Under the pieces are notes generated by a model. The model did no database searches and was not told the DNA's origin. It saw only the letters and a list, made by a program, of their open reading frames with translations. A program made the translations under genes and the position numbers. Of a stretch of 64,000 nucleotides of DNA, positions 43,615 through 53,506 are shown in pieces; position 1 is the first letter of the stretch; the number at the start of each line of letters is the position of its first letter. Source of the stretch: an uncultured Nitrospinota bacterium (GTDB lineage: Bacteria > Tectomicrobia > Entotheonellia > J063 > CAVPRW01). The stretch spans positions 106,522-170,521 of the forward strand of contig CAVPRW010000037.1 in assembly GCA_963707985.1 (NCBI GenBank), written 5' to 3'.

Positions 43615-44655
43615 ATGAAGGCTATAGCAATCACAGGTCAGGGTGGTATCGATACCATTCAGTACCTGGAGGTCGAACGGCCCAGGCTCGGACCCCGAGA
43701 GGTGCTCATCGAAACCCGAGCCGCGGCGCTGAATCACCTGGATATTTTCGTCCGAGACAACCTGGACGCGCTGAAGCTGGCGGCTCCCCATGTCGCCGGG
43801 GCCGATGCGGCCGGGGTGGTGGCTGAGGTCGGAAACGACGTGCAGACGGTCAAGGTCGGTGACCGGGTGCTGATCAATCCTGGGCTCAACTGTGGGGTGT
43901 GCGAATTCTGTCAGGCGGGTGAGCAGAGCCTCTGCGTACGCTTCGGCATCATGGGGGAGACCTGTTCTGGCACGTTTGCCGAGTACTGTAAGGTCCCACA
44001 CGAAAATGTCCACCCGGTACCCGAGGGATTTTCCTGGGAGGAGGCGGCGGCCTTGCCGCTGGTGTTTGTGACCGCCTGGCGCATGCTGATCAGCAAGGCT
44101 GCGATCAAGCCAGGGGAAGATATTTTGATCTTGGGCATCGGCGGCGGCGTGTCGACCGCCGTCTTACAGATTGTCAAAGCGATTGGCCTGAGGGCCTTCG
44201 TCACCTCCAGCAGTGACGACAAGCTGCAACAGGCCAAGAAGCTGGGTGCCGATGCGATAATCAACTACACGACGCAGGACTTTGCGCGGGAGATACGCAA
44301 TCTTACCAATCGGCGCGGCGTCGATGTGGTGGTCGATAGTGTGGGTGGGGACAGTTATGCCAAGAGTTTGGCGAGCCTGGTCAAGGGCGGCCGACTGGTG
44401 ACCTGTGGCGCCACCGCGGGAACGCGCCCGCAGACGGACCTGCAACGCATTTTCTGGAATCAACTGTCGGTGTTCGGGTCGACCATGGGCAATCGGCGTG
44501 AGTTCGCCGAGATGCTGAAGTTCGTGGGCACGCGCGGCGTCAAGCCGGTCATCGATCAGGTGTTTCCGCTCGCCGAGGGTGCACACGCCTTCGCCAGGAT
44601 GGAAGAGGGCAAGCAGTTCGGCAAGATTGTCCTCACAGTCGACGGTCACACCTGA
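43615..44655 (+). CDS. Zinc-binding alcohol dehydrogenase / quinone oxidoreductase family
   Basis: ALNHLD, CGVCEFC..C, GIGGGVS, TCGATAG, QFGKIVL. Confidence 0.9.
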   Translation: MKAIAITGQGGIDTIQYLEVERPRLGPREVLIETRAAALNHLDIFVRDNLDALKLAAPHVAGADAAGVVAEVGNDVQTVKVGDRVLINPGLNCGVCEFCQAGEQSLCVRFGIMGETCSGTFAEYCKVPHENVHPVPEGFSWEEAAALPLVFVTAWRMLISKAAIKPGEDILILGIGGGVSTAVLQIVKAIGLRAFVTSSSDDKLQQAKKLGADAIINYTTQDFAREIRNLTNRRGVDVVVDSVGGDSYAKSLASLVKGGRLVTCGATAGTRPQTDLQRIFWNQLSVFGSTMGNRREFAEMLKFVGTRGVKPVIDQVFPLAEGAHAFARMEEGKQFGKIVLTVDGHT

Positions 44656-44664
44656 TCGTCTGGC

Positions 44665-44698
44665 CTCCGACGCCATCAATCGCTCAAGGGCGTCGGAG
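44665..44698. terminator. Hairpin between convergent genes
   Basis: Perfect 10-bp CTCCGACGCC / GGCGTCGGAG. Confidence 0.6.
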
Positions 44699-44707
44699 TG
44701 CATCTCC

Positions 44708-45227
44708 CTACAGGTTTAATAAGACCCCCTCATGCCGCAGCAACCAGGCTTTCAGGGGTAACCCGCCGCCGAAACCGTGGAGCGATCCGTCGCTCCCCAG
44801 CACGCGGTGGCAGGGGGCGAGGATTGGCACCGGATTGGCGCCGCATGCCGCACCCACGGCACGGGCCGCCCTCGGAGCCCCAAGCGTGTGGGCCAATTCC
44901 CCATAGGAGACGGTGCGACCATAGGGGATTTGGGTGAGAGCCAGCCAGACGCGTTGATGGAAGGCGCTTCCCCGGACATCGAGGGGGAGCGTAAAGTCAT
45001 GGCGGGTGTCCGCGAAATACTCGCCCAGTTGGCTACATGTTTGCTCCAGCAACGCGCTTGTGGCGGTCAGCTCGCTGCACCGGAGAGTACGATGCCAACC
45101 AGTGCTCGAGTATCCCTCTGCCTCCCTCACATGGGAAGATCACTTTGCAAACCCCGCGCTCCGAGCACGCGATCCACAGCACGCCAATGGGCGTGTCGAG
45201 CGATCCAACAGCAACTTCTGCACTCAT
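44708..45227 (-). CDS. ogt: Methylated-DNA--protein-cysteine methyltransferase (frameshifted at about 45070-45125)
   Basis: LDTPIGVL N-terminus; [36 protein letters not shown]. Confidence 0.9.
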
Positions 45228-45320
45228 CGGCAAATCTCCTCAACGTTTGGGGTATGGGGTAATACCGCATCCAACAACATACGATTGGCACAGCGATGTC
45301 GCCAATCACATGGTGACGGC

Positions 45321-46217
45321 TTAGGCTGGACGACACAGCTTGCAAGGGCGATAGCCAGCCTGCCGAGCCTCGTGCGCCGAGGTGAAGTAGACGGTGTGCT
45401 GCGCCTTCGCCCGTTTGCGCGAGTAACAGGTCGGCAGGCAAAAGATATGTGTGTTGCGGCTGCCACGGAAGCGCTTACCCAGATGGTTCAGGGTCTTGAG
45501 CTCCGGCAAGTCCACCCCCTCGAACGCCAGGATACGCGCCTTCATGTCGGTACCCCCGGCCGAATAGGCCCCCAGCGCGCCTTCGCTGCGGATGACGCGA
45601 TGGCACGGGATCAACAGCGGGATCGGATTTTTCCCGAGTGCGGTGCCCACAGCGCGCACGGCCTTGGGAAAGCCAATCTCGCGCGCCACCCAGGTGTAGG
45701 GACGGACTTCGCCGCGCGGAATGTGACGAATTTTCTCCAAGACCTGCCGTTGGAACGGTGTCAGCCCAACAAGATCGACAGCCCCCTTGAAGGCACGGCG
45801 ACCTCCAAGATGATTATCTACCACGGTCACGAGCCACGCCGGCGGCTCGGTCTCTCGACTCAGACGTAGGCCGTAGCGCACCACGCCTTGCTGTTCAAAC
45901 GTCGCATCGTCGCTGGCCAGACTCACGCCACAGATTACCCGGCCACGATAAGCAATGTGAAGCCGCCCGATGGCGGTATCCAACACGGCGTAGTGGCCCG
46001 CTACGGACTCTGCAACACCCTCCGACCGTATCAGGCGTTGGCGCAGGCTGGCCTGAAAGCCCGGATCGATCATCGTGGGTGACGCTGTTTGTCGTAAACG
46101 ATGCGCTACATCGAGCAGGGGATCATCACTACTCCTCACCAGCGGCAGGCTCCCCTGCTTGAGCAGGCGGTCGACTGCGGCGGCAAACATTTCGGCTGCG
46201 CTCCGTTCACGGCTCAT
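45321..46217 (-). CDS. Fusion of putative anti-sigma N-terminus + O6-alkylguanine alkyltransferase + C-terminal Ada Zn-binding domain
   Basis: ~70-aa helical N-terminus ending DPGFQASLRQRL; NPIPLLIPCHRV; HIFCLPTC...GYRPCKLCRP; start overlaps the ECF stop. Confidence 0.85.
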   Translation of the reverse strand: MSRERSAAEMFAAAVDRLLKQGSLPLVRSSDDPLLDVAHRLRQTASPTMIDPGFQASLRQRLIRSEGVAESVAGHYAVLDTAIGRLHIAYRGRVICGVSLASDDATFEQQGVVRYGLRLSRETEPPAWLVTVVDNHLGGRRAFKGAVDLVGLTPFQRQVLEKIRHIPRGEVRPYTWVAREIGFPKAVRAVGTALGKNPIPLLIPCHRVIRSEGALGAYSAGGTDMKARILAFEGVDLPELKTLNHLGKRFRGSRNTHIFCLPTCYSRKRAKAQHTVYFTSAHEARQAGYRPCKLCRPA

Positions 46218-46791
46218 CGGCAAATCCTCTGTGCTGTAATCGCTGCCGTAAATGCTTTACGGCCCGGAACAGCAACTGCTTCACCGCCCCTTCCGTCCGT
46301 CCCAGGGCAGTGGCGATATCACGAATGCTCATGTCGCGAGCAAAGCGATGCACCAAGACCTGTCGTTCGGCCATGGGCAAAGTGGAGACCTCGTGCCATA
46401 ACGTGCTCGCCGTCTGACGGGCGGCGTATTGCTCTTCCAGGGATGGGTCGGACGTAGCCATCGCCGTCTCGTCCTCCGCCCACTCGCCCAGCGAGACTTG
46501 GCGTTGCGCCTCGCCCTGATGATCATGGATGAGATTGGCGGCGATGCGCATCAACCATCCGCCAAAGGGGATGCCGCGCCACTCGAAGCGCGGCAACTGC
46601 TCCAGTGCACGGAAGAACACGCGGGCCGTGATATCCTCGGCGGACGTATGGTCCTTGACCCGACGATAGGTGAATCGATACACCTGTTCGACATAGCGAT
46701 CGTAGAGGCATCCGAACGCCTCGCGGTCGCGTTTGGCACGGGCCACCAGGGCCTCGTCGCTGTCGGTGAGAGGAGTCGGAGAATCCATCAC
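46207..46791 (-). CDS. ECF RNA polymerase sigma factor
   Basis: DEALVARAK, AFGCLYDRY, AEDIT, GWLMRIAAN (region 2); IATALGRTEGAVKQLLFRA (region 4). Confidence 0.93.
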   Translation of the reverse strand: MMDSPTPLTDSDEALVARAKRDREAFGCLYDRYVEQVYRFTYRRVKDHTSAEDITARVFFRALEQLPRFEWRGIPFGGWLMRIAANLIHDHQGEAQRQVSLGEWAEDETAMATSDPSLEEQYAARQTASTLWHEVSTLPMAERQVLVHRFARDMSIRDIATALGRTEGAVKQLLFRAVKHLRQRLQHRGFADEP

Positions 46792-46838
46792 ATTTGCTCC
46801 AGGGCCGGTCCCACGCACACCTTGATAGATGGCGCTGC

Positions 46839-47306
46839 CTACGTCCTGCTTCCGGGTGTCGACGAGCGCTCGAGCACGAGCAGCGTTGCCGTGACGACGG
46901 CCATCACCCGACCCTGCTCATCCCGGACGGTAGTCTGCATGACCATGCTGGTGCGCCCCCGATGCAGGGGAACCGCCTCAGCGATCAGCTTGCCGGTGTT
47001 GGTATTGCGTATCAAATTGGCGCTCAGCTGGATCGTCAACGGGAACTTTGCCGGGTCCCACGTGCCGTCAGGTATGACGCTGGCCAGACTACACGCCGTT
47101 GCCGTCTCATCGGCCAGGCTGAGGATGACGCCGCCATGAAACAGCCCCGTGAGCTGGGCCAGGTCGGGTCGGAAGGCCAGTTCGGCCACAGCGCGCTCAG
47201 CGCTAACTTCGACAAAACGCGTGCCGCGGGCCTCGACATTCGTGCCTTTGGCGCGTTCATTGAGGCGTTCCGCGGCAATTTTAGGGTCAATCGGATCACC
47301 GGCCAT
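46839..47306 (-). CDS. PaaI family thioesterase (hotdog fold)
   Basis: QLTGLFHGGVILSLADE, TIQLSANLIR, HRGRTSMV. Confidence 0.88.
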   Translation of the reverse strand: MAGDPIDPKIAAERLNERAKGTNVEARGTRFVEVSAERAVAELAFRPDLAQLTGLFHGGVILSLADETATACSLASVIPDGTWDPAKFPLTIQLSANLIRNTNTGKLIAEAVPLHRGRTSMVMQTTVRDEQGRVMAVVTATLLVLERSSTPGSRT

Positions 47307-47333
47307 GGGTATCCTCTTCTGGGTGTGATCAAA

Positions 47334-47366
47334 CCTGCACAGGAGATAACCTTCACAGGAGATAAC
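47334..47366. repeat. 16-bp tandem direct repeat upstream of the thioesterase gene
   Basis: CCTGCACAGGAGATAA CCTTCACAGGAGATAA C (one mismatch). Confidence 0.7.
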
Positions 47367-47416
47367 AGCGAACATGCCGAAACGTTACGCGGATGGCAGG
47401 AGGATTATTGTGGCGT

Positions 47417-48124
47417 TTACGCAGCGTTGTGAAAAATAATCCCGAGGGCATAGCGTCGACCGGACCTGATACGGCTCACGCCATGGCGCATCTGCAGGCG
47501 GTAATAACCTCGAGCCCCAGCAGCTGGCCGGTCACGGGTGGCAAAGATGATGATCTCGCCCTGCTCGGTCGTGATCGCTTCTCCGCGCGATTGCGCCCGT
47601 GGACGTTGCTCGACGAGAAGAAACTCGCCACCAGTGTAATCGATCTCACGTCGACTCAGAAAACAGGTGAGCTGGAGGGGAAAGGCGATCTCACCGTAGA
47701 GGTCTTGATGCAGGCAATTGTATCCCCCCGTCTCGTAGCGCAGCAGCAAGGGTGTGGGTTTGGTTTGTTCGTGCTCCTGGCAGAGTGCCAAAAAGCTCGG
47801 GAGGTCGGCCGGGTAACGCTGTGGTTGCCTGAGGGCCGCCATCCAAGCATTGGCAATGGTGGCCAGCGGGGGATAGATCGACAGACGCAAGCCCTGCACC
47901 AGCGCCGGCAACGGCTCGGCAAAGTATTGGTATTCGCCGACCCCGAAGCGATGCCGTTCCATGTCGATGCGACGGCGAAATCTGGTCTGATCCGTATACA
48001 GGCCAATCAGCTCCTCGCACTCCTCAGCCGTGAGCACGGCTGGGGTCTTGGCGTACCCCATGTCCCAGAGCCCCTGCTCGATGGCCTTCCAGTCAAGCCC
48101 CTGCAGCCGTTTGGCGATATTCAT
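47417..48124 (-). CDS. 2OG-Fe(II) oxygenase (DUF2086-like)
   Basis: FGVGEYQYF, KPTPLLLRY, YNCLHQDLYG (HxD), EQRPRAQSR, MRHGVS, GIIFHNA. Confidence 0.88.
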   Translation of the reverse strand: MNIAKRLQGLDWKAIEQGLWDMGYAKTPAVLTAEECEELIGLYTDQTRFRRRIDMERHRFGVGEYQYFAEPLPALVQGLRLSIYPPLATIANAWMAALRQPQRYPADLPSFLALCQEHEQTKPTPLLLRYETGGYNCLHQDLYGEIAFPLQLTCFLSRREIDYTGGEFLLVEQRPRAQSRGEAITTEQGEIIIFATRDRPAAGARGYYRLQMRHGVSRIRSGRRYALGIIFHNAA

Positions 48125-48372
48125 CTCCGTATCCCCTCTCGAAGCTCCAGTGCTGTGCTATGCCAACTGCGGCATCACGCTGGCAGCAAATAAGTGCATG
48201 GAGTGCAGCACCTGAACGAGCCGCAGCGTCTCAGTATACCGAATTTTCTCACCCTTGTGGGGAGACATTCGCGGTTTCCTGGGGCGACAGCCTCCCAAAA
48301 TGATCAAAGTCCGGCTATAATGGGGATGATCAAGGAAGGGTGCAACCAGAGGTTCACGTGTCAGGGGAATAC

Positions 48373-49335
48373 ATGGCCATGACAGGCAATATCGACCCTA
48401 CAAACGCGGCCGACATGGGTGACCTACTCGATCTCAGCTCCATGCCTGAATCCCAGCGTGTCGCTTTCTACGGCTCCATGCTTGCCGTCGCCGCAGCTGA
48501 CGGCACCTTGGGACAGGACGAATTGGACTTGATTTTCCAGAACATCCATACCGATGGACTGTCGGAACATAGCCGAAATACGATCTGGGAGTATGTGATC
48601 GACACGCCAGAGTTGACCGACTGCCTGGCCAGCTTCACAACCAGTCGTGAGGACGTGCGATGTGCCGTCATGCTCTACTTGATCGAGATCGCGCTTGTTG
48701 ATCGAATCCTCGCTGCCGGCGAGGATGAAGCTTTAGTCCAGGCCAGGACCTGCCTGCGCATCAGCCAAGAGCAGATCGAGGCCATAGAACACTATATTGC
48801 CAATGTCGGCTTGGTACGCGCCCGTCTGCGGGACTACCGCTGGGGGGCCACATCGTTGAAATCTCGATATGGCGTTTGGCTGGTTGCGGGTGTCAGTCTG
48901 TCTGCCATCGCCCTCTACCTCTCGAGTCTGATCGGCGGCGTCAGTCTGCTGGAAATGTTCTCGGGATTCCCCCGTCCTGGAGTCGGACGGGCGCTGGTGC
49001 TGGGTGCTGGCGTCACCGCCCTGATCGGCACGGCGGCTATTGTCACCGGCCGCTGGTTGTACTCCCGTTACCAGCGAAACCACTTGGCGATCGCTGCTGA
49101 GCGGCGTCGGCGTGCGCAATCGTGCGTGCGCAATCTTCAGGATGCCGTCAGCTACCTCACGGCCAAGGCCAAGCTGCATGCGATTTTCGAAGATCCCAGT
49201 GAGCCCGGCAATAATACATCTCTGCTGTTCGTGGAGCGCTTGTGGATGTTGCAGCAGATGCTCGCTCGCCGACAACCCAACGCTCTGGCGGCTACGGCCT
49301 TGCCGCCAGAGGTCCCGCGCCTGTCCTCCCGCTAA
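48373..49335 (+). CDS. TerB-like domain membrane protein
   Basis: AVAAADGTLGQDE and IALVD..LAAGE TerB-type motifs followed by two hydrophobic segments. Confidence 0.65.
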   Translation: MAMTGNIDPTNAADMGDLLDLSSMPESQRVAFYGSMLAVAAADGTLGQDELDLIFQNIHTDGLSEHSRNTIWEYVIDTPELTDCLASFTTSREDVRCAVMLYLIEIALVDRILAAGEDEALVQARTCLRISQEQIEAIEHYIANVGLVRARLRDYRWGATSLKSRYGVWLVAGVSLSAIALYLSSLIGGVSLLEMFSGFPRPGVGRALVLGAGVTALIGTAAIVTGRWLYSRYQRNHLAIAAERRRRAQSCVRNLQDAVSYLTAKAKLHAIFEDPSEPGNNTSLLFVERLWMLQQMLARRQPNALAATALPPEVPRLSSR

Positions 49336-49448
49336 ATCAGTATTGTACGGTATGTGAGGTCCACTGGTTGGCTTTCTCTCTCCCAGCGCGCACTGTCGAC
49401 TGAGGAGGCTTGGGGAAGGGTGTAATCGTTGCGGCATCAGTGCTGTGT

Positions 49449-49475
49449 GGTCCTCATCATTGCCTCTTGAGGACC
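49449..49475. terminator. Hairpin between convergent genes
   Basis: GGTCCTCA / TGAGGACC. Confidence 0.5.
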
Positions 49476-49491
49476 GATGGCATCTAAGGCG

Positions 49492-49725
49492 TTATTCCCT
49501 GAAACGGGGCTCCCGCACCCGTTTGAATATCAGTACCGTACTGACGAGGCTGGGAACATGGACTGTGGTCGAGCCGACTTGGGTCGCTTCATGTTGGCGT
49601 TGAAAACCGGTTATCAGTTCCCACCCCTCCTCGGCGTGCTGAAGGAGGACGTTTTCCAAATATGTTGACCACGCCTCGTCGTGAGGACTCAGGTCGAGAA
49701 CCTTGTATGGTAGAGTGGTAGTCAT
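49492..49725 (-). CDS. Small DUF4177-like hypothetical protein
   Basis: YKV..., L...AEEGWELI, LIFKR pattern; GAGGAG RBS. Confidence 0.6.
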   Translation of the reverse strand: MTTTLPYKVLDLSPHDEAWSTYLENVLLQHAEEGWELITGFQRQHEATQVGSTTVHVPSLVSTVLIFKRVREPRFRE

Positions 49726-49941
49726 CAAGCTCTCCTCGATCTAGGTACGCCATGGGTATGCCAGTGGAGGTTAATATGTACCCCCAATGGGGGGCCCTCA
49801 CGCCCCAGGCAGGGCGGTCTACGCGCCCGACCCTCCTGCGGGAGCCCCACGCACTTGGGGTTTTTGTCTGCTAGAGGTACGGACGGGCCGCGGCGGCCGT
49901 TCTAGGCCCCCGCGGGTAAGCGCCTAATACTCCCGTACCGC

Positions 49942-50181
49942 TTACTGCGTCGCTTTACACTCCGTCTTGCCTTCTTTGGCCTCACAATCGACCTTCGCAC
50001 CAGGCTTCCAGCCTTCCCCTCTGACTCTGTACTCTTTGCCATCCTCCGTCTTCACCGTCGCCATGCCTTGGTTATCCACGGATGTGACGGTGCCCTTCAT
50101 CCCCCCCGCGGTGGCCAGGGTAGTACTCAGCAGCAGGCCCGCAAAAGCCATCGCGACCGTCTTCGTTACTGTACGAATCAT
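49942..50181 (-). CDS. Small secreted beta-barrel protein
   Basis: Signal peptide, MKGTVTSVD...GAKVDC..C; GAGGAG RBS. Confidence 0.65.
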   Translation of the reverse strand: MIRTVTKTVAMAFAGLLLSTTLATAGGMKGTVTSVDNQGMATVKTEDGKEYRVRGEGWKPGAKVDCEAKEGKTECKATQ

Positions 50182-50254
50182 GCGTCTCTCCTCTTCTGAA
50201 GTGATCAGACGCCTCATAGTCCCGTAATGGATCCTGCTTCGGAACGCTTGCCGC

Positions 50255-50467
50255 CTATCGCGGGACGCGTTCGTACTCGCTGAAGCGCCGATCCAATTCC
50301 GCTTCAGCTTTCTCGCGTGTATAGCCGTAGCGCTCTTGCAGACGCCCGATCAACTTGTCCCGCTCGCCATCGATCCGGTCGAGATCATCATCCGTGAGGT
50401 CACCCCACCATTTCTTGACCTCCCCACGCATTTGCTTCCACTTCCCTTTCAAAATATCCGTGTTCAT
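50255..50467 (-). CDS. CsbD/YjbJ family stress protein
   Basis: MNTDILKGKWKQMRGEVKKWWGDLTDDDL...LQERYG. Confidence 0.92.
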   Translation of the reverse strand: MNTDILKGKWKQMRGEVKKWWGDLTDDDLDRIDGERDKLIGRLQERYGYTREKAEAELDRRFSEYERVPR

Positions 50468-51028
50468 GGTCTATATCTCCTCTCTCAAGCCTTATGATCC
50501 AGGTAACGAGCGCCGCTCTCCCCAGGGACTGCCCCCCGCTGATGCCAGGGGCCCCAGGGCCGCGCTCAGCCCAGACGAGAGAGCAAGAGGTATGCCGCAC
50601 CTCTCGAATGCGCTCTCCGCCCCGGCCTCTCCCGAGGTGTTAACCCGCGAGGAGAGCGGGACGCACAGGCCTTGACCACCTCGTCTGGGGTCCGCATGGA
50701 TGGGGTGTGACAGTGGCGGCCCCGGCTCGAAATTCTCTCTCAAAGTGAGACAACCCTCTCATTTCAACACCTCGTAATGGGCAGGGCTCAGACCAGGGGT
50801 ATCAATCGAAGAAAAAACACGGACCGACAGGAAGGCAATACAGACCATGGGTAGCCAAGGCGTTGGCTTGAGGGGTGGCAGGAAGGTAGGGCCGATTCCA
50901 GAAACCGATGGTCTGGATCGCCAGGCGAGTGAGGGGAGGGTCATGCCAGCACGGAAGATCTGAACATCGCCTTCGCTGGCATTCGTACATTTGATTTCAG
51001 CGACAGGATCAGTGCTGGGTGTGTGACG

Positions 51029-53506
51029 CTAACGACGCAGGAGATCCCGAAGCATTTTCTCCGGCCAGCGTGGTCGTCGGGGCTGCTCACCAGTCTCTGG
51101 CCCGGTCTTATCCGACTCCTGGCTCGGCTGTTCCGGTGCGGGAGGTTGGCCGAGGAACTCGTCGATCTTGCCGCCCAGGCGCTTTCTCAGTGTATCCAGC
51201 AGCTCCTCCTGGGCTCGGCCCATGAGTGCCTTCTCATCGACCAAGAGGCGTGGAGCGCCCAGCGTACCCTGCACCGTGAAAGGCAGCATGAGGCGGCCGG
51301 CATCATCCTGGCGCAGGAGCAGTGGCACACCCCGCCGGCCGGTGACCTTGGCAGGCAGATACAGGGTGCCCGTATACTCGATGGTTTGATCCAGTCCCAC
51401 GTGGCCGCTTAACAGCGCCTCCACACCTTCCCGTCGCAGCCGCAGGTGATCGGTTAGGAACTTCCCTTGCTGCAGGCGCCAATCCCCTTCGATGGTGCGC
51501 CACGAGCCCTGCTCCCAACCGCTGGGCAGCGTGAATCCAACCAGTCCACCCATGTTCTGGAGCACGGGCGCGAGCTTCGAAAAAAGGTCGAAGTGCGTCA
51601 GTTGGGCCTCGGTGAGCTTGACGTGGCCATCGCCACTGAGCGTGTTCTTGACGACCTCCCAGGTCACTCCCCGACCGGACAGGCGCATGTCGGTATCGAT
51701 CACCCCCAGCAGCGTGTTCTTGGCGGGTGTCAAATCGTCCAGGGCCGGCCCGATATGCAGGCCCGCGACCTTGGTATCGAGGCTGTAGGATGGCTCCGGC
51801 TGCATCAGGTCGACCTGCGTGGTCCCCTGAGAGGAACCGCCATACAGCTTCATCTGGTGTGTCGTCTTGAGAACCCCCTTGGCGAGGCTGAAGTCGGCCG
51901 TCAACTGCTGAAAATTCAACTGTTGCACGCGCCCTTCAGCCACCTGCACCCGCCCAGTCAGGGTCACCGGGTACGGCAGAGGCCGCGGTGGCGCATTCTG
52001 CGCCGGTGGTTTAGGCTGCGGATCTGGTACAGGTGCAGGAGTACGGGCGGGAGCTGGTGTGTCTGGCGCGTCTGGCCGTTGCCGATCGAACACCAGCCGT
52101 TGCGCCTGCACATCGACCTCTAGCCGCGGTGGCTCGGCCTTAACCAGCTGCGTCGCCACGCTAGCCTCCGCCTTATCGGTCTCGAACAGCATCCCACCGC
52201 CTGCCGCTGACCCGCCGCTGAACGAACCGCTTTTCACCACGATCTCCTGTAGATCGATCTGCGCTTCAGACCGTAAGTCGTCAGGCACACCTGTAAGCGT
52301 GGCCAGGAGACGGACCTGCCCACGTACGTCGATCGGCGTCGGCAACTTCGAGGCCAACATGGGGAACCGGGTCAGCAATGCCTTAGGTGAGAACGTATCC
52401 GTGGCGATCTGCAGGTCGAGTTGGGGCGTGGTGGTGAAGGTGTGCACCACACCCTTGACGGTCGCCCGGACACCGGCCACGTTGATCTGAACGCTCGTCA
52501 GTCCAGCCCGTCCGTTTGGCAAGTCAAGGACGATGTCTTGGATGCTCGTCAGTGTCGGCAGTGCGGTTGGCGCATCGGCCATGATGCCCTCACGCAGCAC
52601 GGCATCAGCCAGGGAGAAATGGCTGCCGACGCGTAGGTTGCTGGCCATGCTGCCCAGCAATATGATCTCTGCTTCCAGCCGTCCCTGGACAAGCGGAACG
52701 GTCCGGCCCAGATACGGTATGAGTTTGTCCAGACGCACATCGGTGGTTTTGAGCTGCAGCTCGATCGGCACGCTGTCGAGCGCCAGGCTCTCGGGGATGG
52801 GGCCGACACTGCCACGTAAGTGGACATTGCGGCTACCCTCGGTCAGCATGGTTGCGGTCATGTCGATGGGAATCGGCGAGCCCAGCGCCACATCGCGTAG
52901 CTCCAGCTGCACGTCGCTGGCCTCCGTGACGATCGCCTGTCCTGGGACGACCAGACGATCGACGAAGGTGATCGACATATTCTGCAACGTCACTTCCGCG
53001 ACGCGTAGTCCAGCCAGAGGTGTGGTTGCAGGCTGAGCCCCAGCGCTACTGGGTGAGCGTGGCACGTCTGTCGAGGCAGGCGTAGGGGTGGCTGGTGTGG
53101 CGCCGGTGGCGTCGGCAAGGTTCAGACGCCCTTGAGCATCGCGCTCGATGACGACTGCACCATCCTGCAAGATCATCTTGGTGATCTCGATGCGACGGTG
53201 CAGGAGTGGCCACCAGGCGACTTTGATCGACAGCATGGCGGCTTTCAAGGCGTAGGGCTGCTCCCATCCCGGAGGATTGTAGACGGTGACATCTTCCAGA
53301 CCGGCGCCCAGGCCGCTCAGGATCTGCAAGCGCACCGCGCCGACGTCGACCTTGCGCTGCAGCGCCGCCTCGATGCGGCTGACGAGCTGATCTCTGACAC
53401 GGTCCAGCGAGACGACATAGGGCAACAGCGCCACGATCAGCAGCGCACAGCCGACCAGCCCGAGCAGCCCCAGGAGTAGCTTCCATCCCAAACCGTGTGG
53501 CGTCAT
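51029..53506 (-). CDS. AsmA family protein (start uncertain)
   Basis: N-terminal TM, IERDAQGRLNL, beta-rich body, C-terminal LPFTVQGTLGAP. Confidence 0.8.
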   Translation of the reverse strand: MTPHGLGWKLLLGLLGLVGCALLIVALLPYVVSLDRVRDQLVSRIEAALQRKVDVGAVRLQILSGLGAGLEDVTVYNPPGWEQPYALKAAMLSIKVAWWPLLHRRIEITKMILQDGAVVIERDAQGRLNLADATGATPATPTPASTDVPRSPSSAGAQPATTPLAGLRVAEVTLQNMSITFVDRLVVPGQAIVTEASDVQLELRDVALGSPIPIDMTATMLTEGSRNVHLRGSVGPIPESLALDSVPIELQLKTTDVRLDKLIPYLGRTVPLVQGRLEAEIILLGSMASNLRVGSHFSLADAVLREGIMADAPTALPTLTSIQDIVLDLPNGRAGLTSVQINVAGVRATVKGVVHTFTTTPQLDLQIATDTFSPKALLTRFPMLASKLPTPIDVRGQVRLLATLTGVPDDLRSEAQIDLQEIVVKSGSFSGGSAAGGGMLFETDKAEASVATQLVKAEPPRLEVDVQAQRLVFDRQRPDAPDTPAPARTPAPVPDPQPKPPAQNAPPRPLPYPVTLTGRVQVAEGRVQQLNFQQLTADFSLAKGVLKTTHQMKLYGGSSQGTTQVDLMQPEPSYSLDTKVAGLHIGPALDDLTPAKNTLLGVIDTDMRLSGRGVTWEVVKNTLSGDGHVKLTEAQLTHFDLFSKLAPVLQNMGGLVGFTLPSGWEQGSWRTIEGDWRLQQGKFLTDHLRLRREGVEALLSGHVGLDQTIEYTGTLYLPAKVTGRRGVPLLLRQDDAGRLMLPFTVQGTLGAPRLLVDEKALMGRAQEELLDTLRKRLGGKIDEFLGQPPAPEQPSQESDKTGPETGEQPRRPRWPEKMLRDLLRR

